This document shows positions 30,700 to 39,737 of a stretch of DNA of 64,000 nt, piece by piece. This DNA is from Terriglobia bacterium (GTDB lineage Bacteria > Acidobacteriota > Terriglobia > JAJPHL01 > JAPKYU01), in assembly GCA_965218055.1 (NCBI GenBank), contig CBDCKA010000002.1, positions 931,644 to 995,643 of the forward strand, in the 5' to 3' direction. A program made the translations under genes and the position numbers. Every line of letters starts with the position of its first letter. Positions within the stretch are counted from its first letter, which is position 1. A model generated the notes under the pieces. That model was given only the letters and a program-made list of their open reading frames with translations, ran no database searches and had not been told where the DNA came from.

Positions 30700-32325
30700 T
30701 TACCTCTTGCGGTTGTGCGGACTTCCTGCAATGGAGCGCTGCTGGTCAATCCAACTCACAACGCTATTAGGCGTGCGGACTTCCCCCCGCAACAACGCGA
30801 GGAGAAGATCGTGGGTCAGCACAGTGTTGAAAGCAGGCTCGTAGGTCATTGCTTCTTTCTGGCCGGCCATTTTGAGCAGAAAGGGAACCCGATGCCCAAT
30901 CCTGTCAGCAAAGGCAGCCTCCTCGCTGGTCGAAGACGGCTGCGAGCTGGACCCCTGCACCCCCTGCACCCCAGTTTTCCACCAATGATCACTCGTGACC
31001 AAAACCGCGGCAGTCTCCCAGGTACCCGTATCTTCCATAGAACGGCGCACTTCGCCCAAACTACGATCCATCAGTTCAAGGTTATCCAGGTAATTGCTGC
31101 CCTCAAACAATGCAAAATCGTCCTTTGTCCGGTCATAGATGCCGGGAGCATGCGGAATAGGCCAGTGCACCAAAATCAGATCAAGATCAGGATCGGTGGC
31201 TGCTTTCTTGGCATCGTGAAGGATGGCGAGATATGCATCCAGGTGCTTCTCTCTCCTCAGGCGTGCTTGCCCTTCGGTCATCATCCTGCGGGTTAAGCCC
31301 AACTCCGCGGCCAATGGAGTCACTTCCATTACATTTTGGATCTGTGCCACCATACAGTCAGGCACCGTCATTCTCCGATCATCCAACGGTCCGACTGTGA
31401 CCTGCCAGGAACAACTCGTCAAGGTGTCAGTAATCATCCTGCAATAGGGAAGATACCAACCCGCGACTGCGGAACGGAAGCCTGCTTCGCGGGCCTTCGA
31501 AAACACGTTGGGCTGAGTGCTCCAACGTACAGCCTCTTCGGTCCCTGCAAAGGTAATCATCAGTTCGTCTGCGTCGAGCGGTTTGGAACTAGAAACCAGT
31601 TGCCCGCTGAGAAGAGCAGGCATGGAGAGCAAAGTCCCGTCCGCAGGGGGATAGGCGTTGCTGGCGTAGATTGCCTGACTGCGTAGGCGATCTATTTCAG
31701 GAAGGTGCACTGTTGGCGGCCGCGCCGAGAAGGCCATCCTCTGATCCATCTCATCGAACACAAGCCACACAACGCGTGTCGCTGGTGTTTTTCCGGCGGG
31801 GGAAGGGGGAGCCAGCGCTTTGTCGCGAAGAGCAACCGTGGAGTCGGCCTTGGTCAAGGACCAGCCCACCTGGAAAAACGTAATCGGAACGAAGGGAAAC
31901 AGCACTAAGGCGATCCCTGCCGCGGCACTGAGGGGCTGACGATCCCACAATATGAGAGCTAGGACAACAACAACGAAAACGACAAAAAGTAAGACCAGAA
32001 AGCCGAGTATTCCGTACAGCGGGGGGAGACCCACGAGCTGAAGCAGAAGCTGAAGCAAGACGCCACAAAAGGCCATAAGTAGCACGAGGAGAAACACGGA
32101 TTGCCCAATTCTGCGGGAAACCACATTCGACGAAGGCCTGGCGAGAGACAACGCAGCCCATGTCAGGGCCGCGAGAAGACATACATTGAGCAGAATGGCC
32201 ACGAGATTGTTCGGGCTGGGGGGGAACTTCGTAAAAAATCGAAGGGAAGGATCGAGCAGGTTTTTCCACACTTCTATGAAGCATAGATTGGCGAGCGACA
32301 GAGCTATGGCCAAGTTCCTAAGCAT
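30700..32325 (-). CDS. Membrane-anchored alkaline-phosphatase-superfamily (sulfatase-like) protein, NoeB-like
   Basis: About 5 N-terminal TM helices, then VWLVFDEMD, GTLLSMPALLSG (Thr nucleophile position), HWPIPHAP and VTSDH metal-ligand motifs. Confidence 0.75.
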   Translation of the reverse strand: MLRNLAIALSLANLCFIEVWKNLLDPSLRFFTKFPPSPNNLVAILLNVCLLAALTWAALSLARPSSNVVSRRIGQSVFLLVLLMAFCGVLLQLLLQLVGLPPLYGILGFLVLLFVVFVVVVLALILWDRQPLSAAAGIALVLFPFVPITFFQVGWSLTKADSTVALRDKALAPPSPAGKTPATRVVWLVFDEMDQRMAFSARPPTVHLPEIDRLRSQAIYASNAYPPADGTLLSMPALLSGQLVSSSKPLDADELMITFAGTEEAVRWSTQPNVFSKAREAGFRSAVAGWYLPYCRMITDTLTSCSWQVTVGPLDDRRMTVPDCMVAQIQNVMEVTPLAAELGLTRRMMTEGQARLRREKHLDAYLAILHDAKKAATDPDLDLILVHWPIPHAPGIYDRTKDDFALFEGSNYLDNLELMDRSLGEVRRSMEDTGTWETAAVLVTSDHWWKTGVQGVQGSSSQPSSTSEEAAFADRIGHRVPFLLKMAGQKEAMTYEPAFNTVLTHDLLLALLRGEVRTPNSVVSWIDQQRSIAGSPHNRKR

Positions 32326-33799
32326 CGGTCGCAGGCTGTTTTTTCTGTAGCAGATAGAGCCAACGGCTGGTTCGACCTAGGCGCTGGCAACGAACAATCT
32401 CGAATCGCCGGCGGCAGACAGCTTCAAAACGAGATGGGGTCAGGTCGGTGAACAGGTGGTCTCGGCCCCGGGTGAGGCGACGAAACATAGGGTCATCCGG
32501 GGCAACGAACTCAATGACCAACAGTTGGGTAGTCAGTTCGGCGGCGAGATCAAGGATTTGCTGCAGAGGGATACGCTCGCTGACAAGCATGTGGTGGACC
32601 ACGGCCAGCATCAACACAGCATCAAAAGCGCCACGGGCACGGTCCAGAAATCCTGGGCACTCGTGGTTACGCCAGCCCAGAGCGGGAGTCGGGTGGGTAA
32701 GGTTCACAACCAATGGCAGAATATCCAGCCTCCGTGTACGAGCCGTTCGCCACAAATGGCCAACCACTACGGGATCGGTGTCAATCGCCACGACGCGGGC
32801 GCCCCTTTGAGCGGCGAGGACGCTAAAGTGACCCGTGTTACACCCTGCGTCCAGAACTTTGTTGGGAGAAAACTCAGCCATCACATTTTCAACGAAAACC
32901 TGCTTCTCCTGAAATTCCGCAGGGGTGTAGCTATGGCAGGAAATCATGTACTCCGACCACGCCGAGCCCTTCTTCGCCGTGGGCGACAAGCGATGGAGAG
33001 TTCGGCGCAACCGCTTCAGTAAGGAGCCCAGAATGAATCTAGCCCTCTCAGGATCAGGCAACGATTTCTTTTGATAGATTGTCGCGTCGTCCGGACTATG
33101 TCTGGCCGCGAGCCATGTCGGGATGGAAACCTGGGTCAGAACCGGCGGGATCAGTTTTCGGAGTGGCCCGCAGAGGCGGTAGACTTCCTCCGGCTCGATG
33201 CCGTCGCGGCGCGTGGTCAACAGCTGATCCAACCCTACACCGAAGTACTTGTTGACCAGCAACGGCAACAGGAAAGTGCGCGAAAATTGTGCGTACGGCA
33301 ACCAAACCGGGTCGCCAGGATCGCGACTTTCAACCGACGTCAGGTCAATGAAGATTGGTTCCGGGCCGCAAAAAAGAACATTGAAAGGGGTAGCGTCCTT
33401 GAGTCCGAACCCTTCGGCCAACAAGGCTTCTGCGAGACTAACAGTAAGGCGCCCGGCGGCCTCCAGCATTTCGGGCGGCCACTCGTAGGGAAAGCTGGCA
33501 AACGGCACCCGTTCATGCTCGACGATCATCCCGGCGCCCATCTCGTCGAACAGGCTGTCAAATTCAGGATTCTTGCGCAGCTTTTCGATTTCGGCGGTAT
33601 CGAGAACGCCTGTATGCACTAATCGACCCGCTTTAGCAAACTCCCGCGCTGTGGTCGAAGCTAGAAAAGCACGGAGGTGCTCTACATCCGGTTTCTTGAT
33701 AACGCGGATGATGCGCCCATCAAGTCTGACTAAGCAGCCTTCAGGGTCACGGAAGGAGATGCCCACAGGGATCGGAGGGGAAACGTCACCATGACTCAT
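32318..33799 (-). CDS. Kinase-like + class I SAM methyltransferase fusion, NoeA-like
   Basis: N-half SFRDPEG, FPYEW, LKDATPFNVLF, IFIDLTS; C-half VLDAGCNTGHFS, VAIDTD, LMLAVVHHM, LVIEFV. Confidence 0.78.
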   Translation of the reverse strand: MSHGDVSPPIPVGISFRDPEGCLVRLDGRIIRVIKKPDVEHLRAFLASTTAREFAKAGRLVHTGVLDTAEIEKLRKNPEFDSLFDEMGAGMIVEHERVPFASFPYEWPPEMLEAAGRLTVSLAEALLAEGFGLKDATPFNVLFCGPEPIFIDLTSVESRDPGDPVWLPYAQFSRTFLLPLLVNKYFGVGLDQLLTTRRDGIEPEEVYRLCGPLRKLIPPVLTQVSIPTWLAARHSPDDATIYQKKSLPDPERARFILGSLLKRLRRTLHRLSPTAKKGSAWSEYMISCHSYTPAEFQEKQVFVENVMAEFSPNKVLDAGCNTGHFSVLAAQRGARVVAIDTDPVVVGHLWRTARTRRLDILPLVVNLTHPTPALGWRNHECPGFLDRARGAFDAVLMLAVVHHMLVSERIPLQQILDLAAELTTQLLVIEFVAPDDPMFRRLTRGRDHLFTDLTPSRFEAVCRRRFEIVRCQRLGRTSRWLYLLQKKQPATDA

Positions 33800-33809
33800 T
33801 CACAATAGC

Positions 33810-34046
33810 CTATTCCTTGTTTTTCTTGGTCTTTCTCCAGAAAAACATCCGCGCGATGAACTTGCGGAAATAGAACAGACCCCCAAAGAAGGCAGCAAGC
33901 AGGGCTTGCAAAAGCAACGCCCCCGACCCCGGGTCGATATAAAAAGCGTAGGCTTCGGTCTCGGTCACGATCAATACAGCCAGACAACCAACTAGCCGAC
34001 CAGGTAGCCGACGCGGAACCGAAGCCGGTCCGGGAGCGATTGACAT
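33810..34046 (-). CDS. Small membrane protein with YIDPGSG motif
   Basis: GGAGG SD; hydrophobic leader ending AYA, then FYIDPGSG, a TM helix and a Lys/Arg-rich tail; ends 10 bp before the methyltransferase gene. Confidence 0.72.
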   Translation of the reverse strand: MSIAPGPASVPRRLPGRLVGCLAVLIVTETEAYAFYIDPGSGALLLQALLAAFFGGLFYFRKFIARMFFWRKTKKNKE

Positions 34047-34266
34047 ACGCTGATTGCCTCCGATGAACTTACCTAACTTAAGCAGGAATTTCCGACCTAG
34101 GCCCTCCGGCTCCGTTATGGTACACGCCTTCTTCTCTGGAACACAAAAAATTCACCCGGGCATTCCAACACCCCGATCCTGCAGCCCGTCTGCCGCCCAT
34201 GCTTCTAGAACCCAATCTCATGAGTGCGCGATAGGACTCGCGTAGCCAAACTGCGTTGTACCTCAT

Positions 34267-34318
34267 GGGCTGAAGCCCCCGTTTTGCGGCCGTCTCGCGG
34301 CACGGCTGAAGCCGTGCC
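34267..34318. repeat. REP-like palindromes
   Basis: Perfect hairpin GGCACGGC-TGAA-GCCGTGCC (34299-34318) and shorter GGGC-TGAA-GCCC (34267-34278) share the same loop. Confidence 0.6.
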
Positions 34319-34977
34319 CTGACACCTGTGTAAGGTTCGGCATTTATTGAGATGGGTTGATGGGTTCTGGTCCGAAAACCGGTACATTCCTGGGCAAAGA
34401 TGTGTTCCCGATCGGAGACGGTCGGGCTCAGAGGTCATAGGCCGTCTTCTACATTCGAATGCAATAGTTCTGGAGGGTAGGTTCACTAATCGGCAACCAT
34501 CGCCATGCGGTACCTGGCGTTAAGTGGCTGTCTTGCAAGGGAGTTCATCAGAGTGCAAGTTTGTCTGCTCTCCAGCTTCCATTTGGCACAACACGTGCTC
34601 TCACCGTTGAGCCAAAAGCAGGGGAAGGTACCGAAATGCACGAAGAAATCGGGAGGGCGCGGGGTTCCCCGCTGACGCTGGGGCTCAGTACCGACCGCCG
34701 CGGCGGGAGTACGGCGTGCCTGTCTGTCGACACCGAGACTGGCGATCTGCCCGACTTTCCGAATTCGAGGCCGAATTCGAGGGAGGACTCTGAGCGAACG
34801 TCGGTGTACAGTATTCTGGGGCGCGCGGCAGCCTCCTGGACTAGAATACTCCTCCGGGGCGTGTGTTCTGTCCTCTTGATGGACGACCAGATATTGCAAG
34901 GCCCGCGGGCGGCAGAAGGAGATCCAGAAGGAGATCAGGTCCAAGCAAATCAGCGAAGCAATCTTCCAGCGCAGACA

Positions 34978-36579
34978 ATGACTCCCGAAGAGAATCAAGA
35001 ACGCGCGCCAGAGTTTCTGCTTCCTACCGAACCGCGCCACCGAGCTCTTTGGGAAGGTACGAAGGTTTTGTGCAGTCGTTCCCAAAGCATAAGGTACCCA
35101 CCGCTCCCGTTGTTTTTCGGTCTGTCCAGGGCAAGAGCCTACAGACCATCTCGCGCGCTTTTTTGTTCTGTTCTGCTCCACTTTTCGCTGCCCTTCTTCT
35201 TCTTGCGCATGCCTTTCCTGTTGCTTTTTCCCACGCTGGCTTCCGTAGAAAATTGCCTTGTTCCACCGGACCGCGAAGTAAAAATTGTCAATATCGCTTC
35301 GTATCTACCGACGCTGCGAGCACCCGGGCCGTCCGGGAGTCCGGGGCGGGGCAATCGACCCGATCGGCCGCCTGCTCGGGGAAGTACCGTTTTCCATCCC
35401 CGGGCAACGATCATCTCGGCTCCACCTGCTCCCGATAATACTCGCCAGACAATCTTGCAACCTGATTCTCCCCCCGAACTGAAAATTCCGGTCGAGCTTC
35501 GCCTGCCCAACATAGTCCTTAAGGCGCCTTCGTCGCTTCCGAAAGCTCCTCTGCCGAATCCCAAGGTCAAAATCCGTGGTCAAAAGGCGCCGGCTCCTCC
35601 TGTTGCACCGGAGCCCGCAGAGTTGCAGCTTGTTCAGACCCCTCCCATTATGCGGCTGCCCACTCTTGAAGTGGCTGCGCCTCCGATGCCTCTGGGAGAG
35701 GAATCCGCCTCACAAAGGGCTTCGAGCGGACCAGCGACGCAGGGTGATCATCCGGAGTTACTCGTGCTGAGTGTCGAGCCTGGGGGCGCGCTTCCAAAGA
35801 TTGCGCTTCCCGCAGGAAACCGGTACGGCGCCTTCTCTATGTCACCCTTTGGTGGTTCTCCAGGCTCGCCGGGGGGAGTCCCTGGAGGGGACCCGCAGGG
35901 TGGAACTGGAGGCAGCGGCAGCGGAGGACAGAGGGGCGGCGGTTTCGGACCCGGCGGAGGGAAGGGAGGCGGCAGCCAGTCGGCGGATGGAGGTTTCGTC
36001 AGTATCAGCGGCAGCGGCGGTGCCCCAGGTGTTTCCGGAATAGAGGGTGTTTCCGGAGCAGAGGGCCTTAGCTCGGCGGCCATTGCTAGCCTGGTCTATC
36101 CCGTGCGACGTGCGCCTGGTCCTCGCCTGCCTAAGATGGTCGTCATGGCTGGTCCTTCCGGGGGCGGTGGGTTGGACGTGTACGGGGTGCTTCGGGGAGG
36201 CCGCGTCTACACGATCTCGCTCCCCATGCCCGGCAAGAACTGGGTTTTGCAGTATTGCCGTCGCAAGAATTCTTCTCCTGGTTCCAATGATGGAGTAGCT
36301 CGCAGGAACAGTACCAGCCTTCGACTCGAGCCCCGCTTGGGCTCGCCTTACGCTGAGGCGCAGTTTGACTTCAGGCGGGTATCTGTTCCCAGGGACAAAG
36401 CAAACCAAATGATTGTCTTGCGTGGAGTGATCCGAAGTGACGGGTCCGTAGGAAACGTGAAGGTCCTGCGAGGATTAGAGACGATCGCAGATCGAGCCGC
36501 GGTAGCCGCCTTCCGCCGCTGGAAATTCAGGCCGGCGACTCGGGCGGGAGTGTCAAGGACTGATTTCTTTAGACACTGA
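34978..36579 (+). CDS. TonB-family energy-transducer-like protein, C-terminus truncated by IS insertion
   Basis: TM anchor (FCSVLLHFSLPFF), Pro-rich then Gly-rich linker, TonB_C pattern VLRGVIRSDGSVGNVKVLRG...AAVAAFRRWKFRPATRAG; the last 9 codons and the stop come from the IS end. Confidence 0.7.
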   Translation: MTPEENQERAPEFLLPTEPRHRALWEGTKVLCSRSQSIRYPPLPLFFGLSRARAYRPSRALFCSVLLHFSLPFFFLRMPFLLLFPTLASVENCLVPPDREVKIVNIASYLPTLRAPGPSGSPGRGNRPDRPPARGSTVFHPRATIISAPPAPDNTRQTILQPDSPPELKIPVELRLPNIVLKAPSSLPKAPLPNPKVKIRGQKAPAPPVAPEPAELQLVQTPPIMRLPTLEVAAPPMPLGEESASQRASSGPATQGDHPELLVLSVEPGGALPKIALPAGNRYGAFSMSPFGGSPGSPGGVPGGDPQGGTGGSGSGGQRGGGFGPGGGKGGGSQSADGGFVSISGSGGAPGVSGIEGVSGAEGLSSAAIASLVYPVRRAPGPRLPKMVVMAGPSGGGGLDVYGVLRGGRVYTISLPMPGKNWVLQYCRRKNSSPGSNDGVARRNSTSLRLEPRLGSPYAEAQFDFRRVSVPRDKANQMIVLRGVIRSDGSVGNVKVLRGLETIADRAAVAAFRRWKFRPATRAGVSRTDFFRH

Positions 36580-36592
36580 TTCTGAGAGTTTT

Positions 36593-37390
36593 TTACGCGA
36601 CTAACGCATACCGTTTGGCGAATACCACAGGCGGCATGTTGAGCGCGGAGTGAATCCGCGTGTTGTTGTAGTCCCACAGGGTGCGGTAGATCTCCGCCAC
36701 TAGCTCCCCCAGTGTTTTGAAGCGGTTCGGATCTCCCAGGTCAACCTTGAATTTGTCGTAGAACGATTCCTGGTATCCGTTCTCCCAAGGGCACCCCGGG
36801 CGGCTCCGTGAAATCACGATGCCGCATCCATCAAGGATTTCAGTGAACGCCATCGCGTCATACTCCCTCCCGTTGTCGGAGTGGAATAGACCCGGGCGCG
36901 GATGATGGAGCAGGGCGTTGGAAAGCGCCTGAATGGTGAGCGCGGCTCCCTTTCTCACCGCAACCTGGATTCCCAGGATCCGGCGGGTGTAGAGATCGAT
37001 CACGGTCGCCACATAGACCTTCTTTCCGTGCTGCACGAACTCGGTGAAGTCCGTTGCCCAGATGTGGTTTGCATATGCGGGCATGAGCGCGAGCAGGAGG
37101 TTGGGATAGGTCCGGGAAACCTTGGATTTTCTCCATTTTCTGCCTCTCCTGCGGTAGGGCTTGATGCCAAACAGACGCATGACCCTCTGCGCCCGCTGGC
37201 GGCAGAGTCCCAGTGCCGTAGCAATTCGCCGGGAGCCGTAGGAGGGATGGATCTGCAGCTCTTCTTCCAGGCGGACCTTGAGGCGCCAGTCCTTCTCCTT
37301 CATTCTTGGGACGTAATACAGGCTCGCGCGGGATATGCCAAGGGCTCGGGCAAGCGCTGATTTGTTTCTTCCTTCGCTCAATTGTTTTTT
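36593..37390 (-). CDS. IS3 transposase OrfB (DDE integrase core), reached by -1 frameshift
   Basis: YGSRRI, WATDFT, VIDLYTRRILG, HSDNGREY, WENGYQESF DDE motifs. Confidence 0.9.
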   Translation of the reverse strand, partial: KKQLSEGRNKSALARALGISRASLYYVPRMKEKDWRLKVRLEEELQIHPSYGSRRIATALGLCRQRAQRVMRLFGIKPYRRRGRKWRKSKVSRTYPNLLLALMPAYANHIWATDFTEFVQHGKKVYVATVIDLYTRRILGIQVAVRKGAALTIQALSNALLHHPRPGLFHSDNGREYDAMAFTEILDGCGIVISRSRPGCPWENGYQESFYDKFKVDLGDPNRFKTLGELVAEIYRTLWDYNNTRIHSALNMPPVVFAKRYALVA

Positions 37391-37638
37391 TGAGTCATGG
37401 AGAGCTTGAGCGTGATCTCGCCCACGAGTTCCAGGAGTTCTCTGTTCTGCTTCTGAAGTCGGGAGAACTCCGCCCAGGACGGGGCACCGGTTGCTCCTTT
37501 TACCATCCAACCATAGATGCTCCCTTCAGAAATACCGTGATCCTTGGCGGCCTGGGCCACCGAGATGCCTTCTTCCTTGACGCGGCGTAGGATATCGGCT
37601 TTTACGTCAGCTGCAATACGATGATGTTTTTTGTTCAT
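37378..37638 (-). CDS. IS3 transposase OrfA (HTH)
   Basis: GISVAQAAKDHGISEGSIYGW HTH, leucine-zipper-like tail, ending in the slippery A AAA AAC. Confidence 0.88.
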   Translation of the reverse strand: MNKKHHRIAADVKADILRRVKEEGISVAQAAKDHGISEGSIYGWMVKGATGAPSWAEFSRLQKQNRELLELVGEITLKLSMTQKNN

Positions 37639-37771
37639 ATGACACCAGGGTAGTTAATTCCCAACCTCAGTGTCTAAATTACCCAGTCCAGGGCAACGCG
37701 AAGGTCCTACTCCGCCTGCCCCGTGCCCTTTACGGGGGGAAGTTCATACGCCGCAGAAGTTCTTTGTAGAG

Positions 37772-39649
<1,878 letters not shown>

Positions 39650-39737
39650 GGATGATTTCCCCCTACTAACTTGGTGTCCTGCCCGCGAAGCTATGAAACC
39701 CTAGGGCCGCAGCCGAGGAGCGCGGCACCTCAGGCGC

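Larger units (their letters stand above)
36551..37695 (-). mobile_element. IS3-family insertion sequence (1145 bp)
   Basis: TG...CA termini; imperfect 29-bp IRs (TGTCAAGGACTGATTTCTTTAGACACTGA versus TCAGTGTCTAAATTACCCAGTCCAGGGCA); orfA/orfB arrangement. Confidence 0.9.

Noticed and set aside
34486-35181. 231-aa minus ORF and the 139-codon N-terminal extension of the TonB-like ORF (from 34561)
   Set aside because: No domain-like features; they overlap each other and contain short direct repeats (CCGAATTCGAGG x2, AGAAGGAGATC x2); likely non-coding or shadow frames.
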